Shown piece by piece: positions 23,059 through 35,124 of a DNA stretch of 64,000 nt. Below the pieces are notes generated by a model. That model was given only the letters and a program-made list of their open reading frames with translations. It did no database searches and was not told the DNA's origin. The position numbers and the translations under genes are program-made. Source of the stretch: Macrostomum lignano (taxonomy: Eukaryota); assembly GCA_002269645.1 (NCBI GenBank), contig NIVC01000110.1, forward strand, positions 744,001 through 808,000, read 5' to 3'. Every line of letters starts with the position of its first letter. Within the stretch, counting starts at the first letter, position 1.

Positions 23059-23885
23059 ATGGCTGATGCCCCGGAGCGCATTTATCCTATTAAAAAGATT
23101 TATTCCGGAAAAAGGAGACATGATTCAGACGAAAATGAACCCCGAGAGTGCGCTCAGTAAGGGTGATAGAAACGGCTGACGAGCCCGAGAAACCCCATCC
23201 ACGGGAAGAACCGATTACGAAGGAAGAAGAAGGCGAAGGTAGATTAATAATAGATCTGGGAGGCGCAGATCTGGAAGCCGAGACAAGGAAGCAGGAAGAA
23301 GAGAGAAGAGAAGAGCACGATGAGTTTTTACGAATGTTGCTAGACGTTAGTCTGCCCGATATTGAAGAGGCCTTGAGCCCTGCCAATGAGGCACCAGTGG
23401 CAGAGGAACCACCAAGCAATGATGTCCAAGAGCATAAGCCGGCTCCGGTGGCGGATGAGCCTCCCTTGGATGTCGCCGGACTATTTCGAGACGACGTACC
23501 ACCGCCGAGCAACCAAGACGCAGCGACCGAACCTTCCGGCGCCAGTCCAAGGAAGTTCCGGAAGTGCACCAAGGCCCTGAAAAGGTGGTTGCTGCAAACC
23601 GGCAACACGGGCCGGTACGATCCGACAGTGCCAGCGGCCTGCACACGATTTCTCGCTAAGGCTACGGCGGCGCAGCGCATCCAGAGCTTAGAGGTGGCCT
23701 GCACCTATGCGTTGCAGCATGCAGAGGAACGGGCGAAAGGACCAATATCACCGTACCAGGTGAGTGAACATCTACGCGACCTGGCAGAATTATTTGACCC
23801 GGAAGGCAAGAAAACGCCAGCAACCGGCCTGCTTTACCAGTGTGCGCAGAGGGCGCCAACCTGCCGACCCCTAGGGAATCTTTGA
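23059..23885 (+). CDS. Accessory ORF3 of the gypsy element (acidic/Pro-rich, unknown function, not Env-like)
   Basis: 245-codon open frame 23148-23885 inside the LTRs, just after the pol stop. ATG at 23059 joins it if two more single-base deletions (~23110, ~23147) are assumed. Confidence 0.65.
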
Positions 23886-24487
23886 GTTGAAAATTTAATA
23901 ACCCAGGGATTAACGCTTCCATTGCTGCTAATTTTTTTTGTTGTTATTATTACACAACCACACAGCTTTAACTTTTCTTTTTCTATGTTGTCTGCATTTT
24001 ACACAGTGCCATAGTGCCATTTTTTTCTTTTCTTTTTCTCAAATTATTGCACCGCTTCTGGCCTTATATATATCTTTACATATCGATAATATTCAGGAAG
24101 AAACCTATATGGTCATTGCCTATTTCATTAATCCCATTATGCTCAATTATTACTGTTCAATGCTCACATACTATTGCTCAACTAATATTGTATGGCTTAA
24201 TTATTGTCGTTTACTTTCATTAATCATGTACTCGTACTGTTTATTACTTTTGCTGATAGTATGCTATTATTATTACCTATACCGTATATTACTAATTAAT
24301 CATACTATGTTCCATACTATGCTATGCTACCACTACTCAGTTATTATTATTGCTTAATCATGCTCATTATATTGCTTATATTTAGTCCATGCATGCCACT
24401 ATTAATACTGTCTGAATTACTTGAAATAAACCCGACAATAACTAAATATGCAAAGGGGTTTGCACATTTTTTTTAGTGGGGGGTAAG

Positions 24488-25197
24488 TGTAGTAGGGGGT
24501 TTAGTTTCAAGCAGTTTTGCTAAGGCGTTTGCCATTCGTCGGGATGAATTATTTTAGTAGCATGAATTCGAGAATAAGCAGTTTTGCTTTTACGCTACTA
24601 TTAGTAGTTCACCTTCGGGAAAATATCTGAAGCTATGGGAATTCGAGTCTTAGTGGGTTTCTCTATTAGTAAAAGGCTGTTTGGCCTCGGGAAAAGCATC
24701 CTGTTCAGGACCGTCCATTGGACAACATTTGTAAGAGATCTAAGTCTCAAATAAGCCAGACTAAGGGAGTCTCCCCTTTATAAAATAAAAGAATATATAT
24801 AAGAAAGTATAAAAGGTAAGATCGGGGTAAAATAGGGAGGCTAAGAGGAGTCTACCGCTTAGTCAAAACGGAGTCTACCGAGAATAGGAATTAGTACAGT
24901 CAGTTAGATAGAAGTAAGGGAAAGGAACCAGGAGTCTACCGGTTCTAATAACATAGTAATAATAGTGCTTAAATCTTTGCATATTTGGTTCAATAATATC
25001 ATTTTCTTTTGTTTGTTTATTCCAATAATCTTCCATGAAGTCGACTCTTGTCTCACTTATTTTAATCTAAAACTATTATTATAAGGGACATTAGTCTGGT
25101 GGCAGCAACCTACCAAATTAGAGTACATAATAACAGAAGTAATAATAGAAAACCAGAATAAACCAGTAGCCTAAACCGCAGGTACCACGCGTGTCCA
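24488..25197 (+). repeat. 3' LTR of gypsy element
   Basis: 710 bp, preceded by PPT, followed by TSD. Confidence 0.97.
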
Positions 25198-25554
25198 TAA
25201 TCATAACTATACCATAGTAGGACCCCTATTAAGGTATAACACTATTTATTTTACATTTGGAAGATTTCAAAATAATTTTTTTTAAAATCAATAATGACTT
25301 CAAATGTATAATTGGTTAGAGAAAAAAATATTTATTTTAGGTTTAAGAAAGTACCTTCCTAAGTTTATAAATTTTTAGACTGTTTTGATATTAATATATA
25401 AATAGAATTTAATTTACTAATAACAATGTATTTAAATATCTAGCTAGGCCTAGGTTTATATTAACAGAAAGGCTAAAAAGAGAGGGTATAGTTCTAGTTT
25501 ACTGCATTAAACTTTTTTGCCCTCTATTCAAGGGTAGGGGGGTTGGAATATAAC

Positions 25555-26034
25555 CCTGGATGGAATTCTTGCAGAAAAATCACAACGTGTTATGCAATTG
25601 CACGAAAAAAATGCAATTTTGCATCAAAAAATCTGGAAAAAATGTGTCGCAGAATTTTAGACAAAATTGCTAATTCTTAATATGCAAAAGTGCGCTTGAG
25701 ATATTGGATTTTGCAAAAGATAATCCTACTAGCTAAGATCACGAAGAAAAAAAGAATACAAAGTAAAAACTAAATAAGGCACAAAAGTAAAAATTTAAAA
25801 ACTATAAAAAGTAGAAACTCGTAACATTCTCTAACATACATATTTGGACAAAAATTCAAATCACTACATTTTATTAGAATGCATTTTTCGTTATTGTCTT
25901 ATTCTTTTTTAGATGAACATTTCGCAACGTGCTAAGTACCAAAATAAAAAATGCGACCAATAAAAATATTTTGCGCGCCATAAAAAAATTGCATAATTCT
26001 GTTTGACTTAAGAAATACAAGAATTCCATCCTGG
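25555..26034. mobile_element. 480-bp MITE with 17-bp TIRs and 8-bp TSD (hAT-like)
   Basis: TIR CC(T/A)GGATGGAATTCTTG at both ends; TSD AATATAAC at 25547-25554 and 26035-26042. Confidence 0.8.
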
Positions 26035-26665
26035 AATATAACGAAGTAAACTAGAACTATGCCAAAGAGAGTTCTAAATAAAATTATAATACATTAAGGC
26101 CTTAGGCTTAGGGGCCTAGTTAATAATAATATAATAGGGCCTAGCCCTAGGCTTATTCCAAATCATTTTTGCTAGAATTTTAGTTTTTATAACCATAAGA
26201 CTTGACTTGCGAGTTGCGACTATGTTATTATAAGTGCTAAAAATAGGCCTAGTAAAATTAAATTTTTAAAACAAAATAATGCAACTTAGAAACTCAAGCA
26301 AAAAGCAAAGCAAGCAAGTTATAAAAAGATGAATAGGCCTATGTTTAAAGCTCAACCTAAAGATGAAACTAAATGGACATGTAATTTTAGTTATTTAGTA
26401 TTCAAACTGGCAACTATCCATCTTCTGGGGGTGGGGGCGGGCTGAGAAGAAAAAAAATATAAATTTGAAAATTAAAAATTAAATTTATATTGGGGTTTTT
26501 CGGGTTTCTTCGAAACCGGTCGGCGTTGCGTTCGCCCGAATAAATCCGGAGATCGCGCTGATGAATCCAACGGAATTTCTTTCTCCTGTTTTACTCCGGC
26601 TGCCAGGGTCCTCAAATTCCGGGGGGAGGGTAGTTGCGATCGTAGCTGAGCGGTCGTTTAGCGGC

Positions 26666-27367
26666 CAAGGACGACTTAAGTAGAAGGACGGGAAACCTCG
26701 TTTCTTAGAAAATTTTTGAAGGCACTTTTTTCCGAAAAAATACAATGCGGAGATAGGAAATTTTCATTTTTTCAGCACAAAAATTGCTATTACTTTTGAT
26801 AGGAGGCAGATTCAGTGTTCATCTTTTGATGTGTTGTGCTTTTTTTATTGCTCTATCGATATTTATAAGGCTTTTCGTTCAGAAAATTAGCTTTCTATGT
26901 TAATTTTTTATTCTACGTATATTTCCTGTACCTGAAAATCACAATAATGCATGACACAGCTCCAATATTTGGTTTTATGAATCTATTTTATCATCTCTGT
27001 TACGAATATTTGCTACACAGTCAGTTAAGAATGACAAAATAGACTCATGAAACCAAAGAGCCGAGCCGTGGCATTCTAATGTATTTCAAGCCCAAGACGC
27101 GTGAAAATATACGTAAAATAAAAAATTAACATAGAAATCTAATTTTCTGAACGGAAAGCTTTATAAATATCGATAGAGCAATAAAAAAGGCACAACATAT
27201 CACTGGATCATGAACACTGGATCTGCCTCCTATCAAAAGTAATAGCAATTTTTGTGCTGAAGAAATGAAGATTTCCTATCTCCGCAGTGTATTTTTTCGG
27301 GAAAAAGTGCCTTAAAAATTTTCTAAGAAACGAGGTTTCCCGTCCTTCTACTTAAGTGTCGTCCTTG
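26666..27367. mobile_element. 702-bp foldback MITE, ~265-bp TIRs, CAAGG termini, 8-bp TSD (P-element-like)
   Basis: 26666-~26930 is an imperfect inverted copy of ~27103-27367; TSD TTAGCGGC at 26658-26665 and 27368-27375. Confidence 0.88.
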
Positions 27368-28406
27368 TTAGCGGCGCGGTCGTTCAAATGGTAGACACCG
27401 AAGATGCTGACACGTAAATTAGAGCGTCTATTTGTCGCGCTGATTACTTTTAGTAATCACAGAACAGAATGGAGTGCTAATCTGAGACAGTTATTTTTTG
27501 TCTTGCTCGATCTTCACTTTCTTTTAGCACCTCCTTTCCCCCCAAACTCCGCGTCTTTAATTTCTTAATACAGGTGACAGGGAATTTAAAGCATCTAGAT
27601 TTGTTTAACGCCTGTGCAAGATAAGAGAATTTCTTATTTTTGTTTTACACTCAATTAAAAAAATAATTTAATTGCTCTGCGCTTTGATTATAATTATCAA
27701 TTTATTTGTTATACAGTGACGACGTCAAATTTAACTTAATTTCTGAGTTCGGTGGATTAAGCTCGACCTAGAAACTCGTTTCCCTTATCGTTCTTACATG
27801 TATGTACAGTATTTAAAGTTCTGCTGTACTAACCATTTCTCCTTATTATTATAGGGTTTTTAAGCAGGCAGTTCCTGTTGCGTCACAGGTTTCCCATGAA
27901 TTACTGCAGCCAGCCAGATCGTAAGTCGTCCTTGATTATAACATGTACACAAGATGTGATACTAATTTTTTGTAATGCTATTTTAGTAATGATGCGCATG
28001 TACATATATACATGTACATATACGAGCCTGAGATCCAGGAGGAATTTACTTAAAAGAAAATGTAATGAGTTATTAAACAAATGTTATATATCCTTGAAAC
28101 AGGTGCCATATACATGTTAAAGTACCATGCAGGTATGTTAAATTAAGTACCAGTATAATTAGAGAATACTTTCTAACTTGTTTACTTTAACTCATTGATA
28201 CGAGCATTGCAATAAAACCATCCGACATGCATTACTGTCTGATTTTTATTTTTTAGACATTTTTTAAAGTTTGGACAATAAACGGTGAAACCAAAATTAT
28301 GCATATTAAAGTTAAAATCATTACGCTTTTGTACATTCGCACAGTGCGTATTGAGTCAGGAAACTAGTAAAAGCACGTGATGTACATGTACATCTGTAAG
28401 TACAGT

Positions 28407-31400
28407 TCACGCCGCGTCAAACAAAAAGCGCAGTCCGTCGGGGAACCTGGCTTTGAGGTTGAAGATGAGTGCATCAGTTTGACGATTGGCAACCACTGAA
28501 TAACCACCAATAAAGCCGTGCTGCTGCTGATGTTGCTGTTGCTGCTGTTGATGTTGCTGCTGCTGCTGCTGATGTTGCTGTTGCTCTTGCTGCTGTTGCT
28601 GCTGCTGCTGCCGATGCTGCTGCTGCTGCTGCGCTGCTTTATCAGGAAATCCTTTCCCCAGTCCAGCATTTACTTCAGTATAATCTTGCCGGCTTTCAGT
28701 TTCCCTGAGTTCTGCTTGGTCGATTGGTTCGGCTTGAAGTTGCTGCAGTCTCTGCAACGACTCGCTCTCGCGGCTGCGCTCCAGCTGAACCAGCGGCATC
28801 GAGGGCTGCCGGATATCGTAAACCTGACCGTTCAGCAAGAGCTGGCAGCCTCTCATCAGTGGCACCTCGCCGTTGAGGCACAGGGTGCCGCGGTTCAGCG
28901 TCAGCCGAGCCTTCTCGAACGTGGCCGTGTCCAGCTGCCGGTCCACCCAGCCCGCCCACTGCCTGCCCGACTCGCTCGGCCGCGGCATCAGCGGCCAGCC
29001 GACAATCCTCGGCGGCGGAAACCCGGCCGTCATTCTAGTTGGCCGGCCTGATTCGGCCACAAAATAGGCGACGCCCCGGTCGACCAGGACCGTCTCGACG
29101 GAGCTCCTGCCGGCCTCGCTGGCTGTCAGCCGCATTCGGCCGCGCAGGATGTGCAAACAGCGGCCGCCCGACTCCAGCAGGCAGATGCAGTCGGTAATCA
29201 GGTCCGACTCTCCCAGATCTGTCGATGAGTCAGTCACGCTGACGCCGACCAAACCTTCTGATGAACCCGTCTGGCTGATCTGCTGCTGCTCTTCGGCACT
29301 GAAGTCGCTGTCCTGACTGCCGTTGACTTTGGACTCGTCTGCGATTGGTGGATGCCAATGGTGGATTCAGCCAGTTTGTTGAGGGGCTTTGAGCTTTGTA
29401 CATGACATCGGCACCGCAACCCCCTAATCATCAGTCAGGCAGACACTTCTGCGCCTTGAGACTCGGCCTTCTAACGCAAAAGTCTGGCCACCCCCTGATA
29501 TGTACTTTAATTGCACCCCAGCCTCCCGCGCAGCTCACCGCTCCATCCGGACAGCCACTCCAGCTGCATCTCCTGCTGTCCCAGGCAGATCCGGCCGCCC
29601 TTCAGCACCGGCGTCAAGTCGTCCAGGTACAGCAGGCCGTCCTTGTACAGCAGGTCGCGGCCTTCAATCCAGTGCGCGCTGCCAGTGTCGCCGCTGCCAC
29701 CGCTGGGCCACTGCGTCAGGAAGACCACAGCGTCACGGACCAGCAGCTGGTCGGCGGTGGAATCCGCGTCACCGAGCGGCGCCTTGCGACCTCGCAGCCA
29801 GGCCACCCCGGCCACCGCGCGCAGACTGCAGGAGCCGGGGCCGAGGCTGAACCTGCCAGACTGAGTGCGCAGCAGGGTTCAATGTTTCAATTTCAAATGG
29901 AAATTCACTTGAAAATCGTATTGTACTACTACTGGTGGACTGGTGGACAGTAGTGTAGTATGCTAGAAGAAATATAATTTCAACTTCGAGATTTTTTGTA
30001 ATTCTCAAAGCTCTATTTCGACACTATGAACCTTAGCCAGTTCCTCCATTCTCCCCAAATTTTCTCATCTCTCCCCAAGCCCGACAATGTCATCAACCTC
30101 ACCAACCCCCTCAACTTCCCCAACCCCCTCAACTTCCCCAACTCCCTCAACCTCTCCAACTTCCCCAACTCCCTCAACCTCCCCAACTCCCTCAACCTCC
30201 CCAACTCCCTCAACCTCCCCAACTCCCTCAACCTCCCCAACTCCCTCAACCTCCTCAACTCCCTCAACCTCCCCAACTCCCTCAACCTCCCCAACTCCCT
30301 CAACCTCCTTAACTCCCTCAACCTCCCCAACTCCCTCAAGCTCCCAAACTCCCTCAACCTCCCCAACTCCCTCAACCTCCCCAACTCCCTCAACCTCCCC
30401 AACTCCCTCAACCTCCCCAACTCCCTCAACCTCCTTAACTCCCTCAACCTCCCCAACTCCCTCAACCTCCCCAACTCCCTCAACCTCCCCAACTCCCTCA
30501 ACCTCCTCAACTCCCTCAACCTCCCCAACTCCCTCAACCTCCCCAACTCCCTCAACCTCCTTAACTCTCTCAACCTCCCCAACTCCCTCAAGCTCCCCAA
30601 CTCCCTCAACCTCCCCAACTCCCTCAACCTCCCCAACTCCCTCAACCTCCCCAACTCCCTCAACCTCCCCAACTCCCTCAACCTCCCCAACTCCCTCAAC
30701 CTCCCCAACTCCCTGAACCTCCCCAACTCCCTCAAGCTCCCCAACTCCCTCAACCTCCCCAACTCCCTCAACCTCCCCAACTCCCTCAACCTCCTCAACT
30801 TCCCCAACTCCCACGCACCTGCAGAAAGAGCCGGCAGGGCACCTGTCTCCTAGTAGAGGAGGGCAGGCTGGCCAGCAGCCGCTCCTGCTGGTCCAGAGGC
30901 ACGGGCTTGAAATCAGCGGACATGGCTAGCTGGGCCTCTGTGAGCAGCGCCGAGCCGCCTATGAACACGGTGCCACCCTGTGTGTACAGCCACACGTTGT
31001 TCAGCAGGAGAGGCCGGTCGCCACCAGTCGCGGAAGAGCCGCTAGCAGCTTCTGCAACATTCCTTGCCGCTTCTGCTTCTTCACCGTTGTGCCGCCTGAC
31101 TGTTGAAGGCTTTTTACGCTGCCGCTTCAGCATGGACGAACCGCTGATTCTTGGAATTGACTGGGTTCGGTTTGGACAAGGGCGTGCAAGATGAGCTCTG
31201 TCTGACGCAACTCTCTCAGTTTATTTGAAATTTAATCCCAGCTAGAGCTGGCTCCTGCCCGTGTTTTTCTCACCTGTTGAAACCCGGAGCCGCTGCACGC
31301 GGTCTGCACTCGGTACCAGCTGCCGACAAAGTGCAGCAAGCCCGACAGCACCACTATTGTGTCGTTGTGCAGCAGGCACCGGCCTCCGAGGAGCAGCAAA

Positions 31401-31541
31401 GTTCGCAATGGGGCGAGGGAGTCACCGCCAGACTGACTGTTGGTAGCCACGTCCAGGTTCAGAGAGCCCTGTGCGGTGCGAGCAGTGGTCTCTGTGAATA
31501 TTAGACAGACAGAAGACAGACAGACAGATAGACAGACAGAC

Positions 31542-31580
<39 letters not shown>

Positions 31581-31616
31581 AGACAGACAGACAGACAGAT
31601 AGACAGACAGACAGAC

Positions 31617-31659
<43 letters not shown>

Positions 31660-31881
31660 AGACAGACAGACAGATAGACAGACAGACAGAAGACAGACAG
31701 ACAGACACTAAGACACTAAGACACTAAGACAGAAGGACAGACAGACAGAAAGACAGACAGACAGACAGACAGACAAACACACAGACGGACAGACACACAG
31801 ACAGACAAACAGACAAACAGACAGACAGGCAGACAGACAGACAGAAGACAGACAGACAGACAGATAGACAGACAGACAGAC

Positions 31882-31920
<39 letters not shown>

Positions 31921-31948
31921 AGACAGACAGACAGATAGACAGACAGAC

Positions 31949-32013
<65 letters not shown>

Positions 32014-32041
32014 CTAAGACACTAAGACACTAAGACAGAAG

Positions 32042-32081
<40 letters not shown>

Positions 32082-32196
32082 CTAAGACACTAAGACACTA
32101 AGACAGAAGGACAGACAGACAGAAAGACAGACAGACAGAAAGACAAACACACAGACGGACAGACACACAGACAGACAGACAGACAGACAGACAGGC

Positions 32197-32237
<41 letters not shown>

Positions 32238-32398
32238 CTAAGACACTAAGACACTAAGACACTAAGACAGAAGGACAGACAGACAGAAAGACAGACAGAC
32301 AGACAAACACACAGACGGACAGACACACAGACAGACAGACAGACAGACAGACACACAGACAGACAGACACACAGACAGACAGACAGACAGACAGACAC

Positions 32399-32444
<46 letters not shown>

Positions 32445-34810
32445 GGACGGACAGACAGACAGACACAGACAGACAGACACAGACAGACAGACACAGACAG
32501 ACACAGACAGACAGACAGACACAGACACAGACACAGACAGACAGACAGACAGACACAGACAGACAGACAGCAGCCCAACCGTTGACTGCCGCTGAGCCGA
32601 GGACTTCAGTAAGGCGGACGCCGCAGCTGACGCGGCCTCGGCGCTGGGCAGGTCCTTGTTGCTGGCGGGGCGAATCCGGTCCAAGTTGGACAGCTGGCGG
32701 GCCAGAAGGTCCAGACGAAACTGCCGGCCGCCCAGGTGCAGCAGCGGCCGCTGCAGAATGGACTGCTGGCTGCCCAGCTGCAGGAGGCTGCGCTCGGCGT
32801 CGTAGAACAGACAAGCACCGTCCAGATCGTCGGCTACGCAGGCGAACAGGTCACTGCGCTGCGCCATGGCGCCGCTGATGGTGGGCGCCGCCGGTAACGA
32901 CTGGCTGCTCTGACCGGCTGGCGATGTTGAGGTGTTCTGCGGCGCCATCCACAGGTGGGAATTCTCGCTGTAGAATGCGGTGCCTTGTGGGAATGGGTTT
33001 GGGCGAGCAGTCAGGCGCGTTCCACTGACTCTTGAGCAGGTGCACCGATTCACACAGGGTGTGCAGCAGCCCACGAACACTGCTTTGTACCCCAACCCCT
33101 TGTGACCCGTTGTGAAAATCAATAATTTTGCTTCTGGGCGCCAAAACTAGTGCCCTAGTGCCTGCTGACAGACATACCAATGACCCGTCATACACACACA
33201 GATCACGGACATGCCAATGACCCGTCATACGCACACAGATCACGGACATACCAATGACCCGTCAGACACACACAGATCACGGACATACCAATGACCCGTC
33301 ATACGCACACAGATCACGGACATACCAATGACCCGTCATACGCACACAGATAACGGACATACCAATGACCTGTCAGACACACAGATCAGGGACATGCCAA
33401 TGACCCGTCAGACACACAGATCACGGACATAGCAATGACCCGTCAGACACACAGATCACGGACATGCCAATGACCCGTCAGACACACACAGATCACGGAC
33501 ATACCAATGACCCGTCAGACACACACAGATCACGGACATACCAATGACCCGTCATACGCACACAGATCACGGACATACCAATGACCCGTCAGACACACAC
33601 AGATCACGGACATACCAATGACCCGTCATACGCACACAGATCACGGACATACCAATGACCCGTCAGACACACACAGATCACGGACATACCAATGACCCGT
33701 CAGACACACACAGATCACGGACATACCAATGACCCGTCATACGCACACAGATAACGGACATACCAATGACCCGTCATACGCACACAGATAACGGACATAC
33801 CAATGACCCGTCATACGCACACAGATAACGGACATACCAATGACCTGTCAGACACACAGATCAGGGACATGCCAATGACCCGTCAGACACACAGATCACG
33901 GACATAGCAATGACCCGTCAGACACACAGATCACGGACATGCCAATGACCCGTCATACGCACACAGATCACGGACATACCAATGACCCGTCATACACACA
34001 CAGATCACGGACATTTATCAATGACCCGTCAGACACACAGATCACGGACATACCAATGACCCGTCAGACACACAGATCACGGACATACCAATGACCCGTC
34101 ATACGCACACAGATCACGGACATACCAATGACCCGTCAGCAGACACATACAGATCACGGACATACCAAAGACCCGTCATACGCACACAAATCACGGACAT
34201 ACCAATGACCCGTCATACGCACACACACACACCAATGACCCGTCATACACACATCCCCATGACCCGTCAGACACACAGAGCTCACGGACATACGGCTCGT
34301 AATTGTACCAATGACCAATGACCAATTTCCATCGTAGGCTGAACACTGAACAGAAATTTTCACGCCACACTCTAAACTTTCTACTCATGAGTAGACGAAC
34401 TCTACCCGACTCGGCTCACCTCCGCTGACAAGCAGGATGTCACCGCGCAGGAAAATTCTGCCGCTAATCAACTGCAGAGAAGCCGCCACACCGCCATGAG
34501 CAACGTTGCGCGCGGAGCGAATCTGATGCCGGCATTCGCCAATCTGAGCCAGCAGCACCGGCCGGTACGGCTCCTCGGCGGACTCAATCTCAAGCTCGGC
34601 GTTATCCAGACCTCGGCCGGCCACTCCGGAGCAGGAGGCCTCCACCAGAGAGTGCGCCAGAGTGGCCAGAAGGGTCTGCGGCGGGCAGTCGCAGCGCACC
34701 CGGATCTCGCTGGTCTCGCCACCATTCCGCTTGCCCTTCACAGCGGACACGAAGCCGGTCTGGCTGTGTCGGCAGTTGAACTTCCCCGTGTCTCCGCCTG
34801 CGGCTTCCAT
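28407..34810 (-). CDS. Uncharacterised ~861-aa protein with dispersed beta-hairpin-like repeats and a C-terminal polyQ, 6 exons
   Basis: Exons 34810-34420, 32983-32580, 31468-31274, 31160-30819, 29860-29539, 29338-28407 (2586 nt; phases 1,0,0,0,1 consistent; GT-AG). GC-rich exons between minisatellite introns. Exon 4 boundaries less sure (alternative donor at 30843). No family recognised. Confidence 0.72.
30100..30810. repeat. 18-bp intronic minisatellite (CTCCCCAACTCCCTCAAC)
   Basis: Tandem units; explains ORFs at 30013-30853. Confidence 0.95.
31500..32570. repeat. (GACA)n microsatellite with variants
   Basis: Fills an intron of the repeat-protein gene. Confidence 0.95.
33165..34270. repeat. 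~35-37-bp intronic minisatellite (CACGGACATACCAATGACCCGTCATACGCACACAGAT)
   Basis: ~30 units. Confidence 0.95.
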
Positions 34811-35124
34811 GAAGATTCGGGTTCGACTATGGTTGAATAACTGATTGATTGATGCTTTAAACCCGACTGCTTATTCTGGTGTCTGCACTGATTCCCCACT
34901 GCAGGGGTAGCTTGGAGTGCGGCCGGACCGGTTGCGGCCATAGACAGTCTGGCTGGCTTCGGATTGTTGGATTTAGCATGGCAGAGCAAAATAGATGAGT
35001 CAGTCTGGTTTTGCATGCACTTTTCATGATGAAGAAAATGATGATGGTCAGAAACTTTTCAACCCAATTTTATGCCTGGGACAACTTCACATGTTGAAGA
35101 AACTTGGAGCTCACAAAAAACCTG

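Larger units (their letters stand above)
16517..25197 (+). mobile_element. Full-length Ty3/gypsy LTR retrotransposon (8681 bp), very recent insertion
   Basis: 710-bp LTRs 16517-17226 and 24488-25197 (TG...CA; one mismatch seen, C/T near 16686/24657). 4-bp TSD TAAT (16513-16516, 25198-25201). PBS at 17229; PPT AGTGGGGGGTAAG 24475-24487. gag, then pol in PR-RT-RH-IN order. Confidence 0.97.

Noticed and set aside
23059-23124. Chromodomain-like start (ERIYPIKKILFRK) after integrase
   Set aside because: Separated from pol by a stop and lacks the downstream aromatic-cage residues; not called a chromovirus
23090-23704. 204-aa antisense ORF in the gypsy element
   Set aside because: Shadow of GC-rich ORF3; Ser/Gly-rich, no motif
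23148-23885. env gene
   Set aside because: No signal peptide, furin site or transmembrane anchor
27790-28400. Repeated TACATGTA/TGTACATA (PUF-element-like) motifs in the repeat gene 3' region
   Set aside because: Only two sense-strand matches; such motifs are common in AT-rich invertebrate DNA
28518-29051. + strand poly-Leu signal-peptide-like ORF
   Set aside because: Antisense of the polyQ exon of the - strand gene
30013-30853. LRR-like, mucin-like and GEVE-repeat ORFs in four frames
   Set aside because: All come from an 18-bp intronic minisatellite
32984-33170. Alternative longer exon 2 ([11 protein letters not shown]...) of the repeat-protein gene
   Set aside because: That frame hits a stop at 32851; the acceptor at 32984 gives a phase-consistent model
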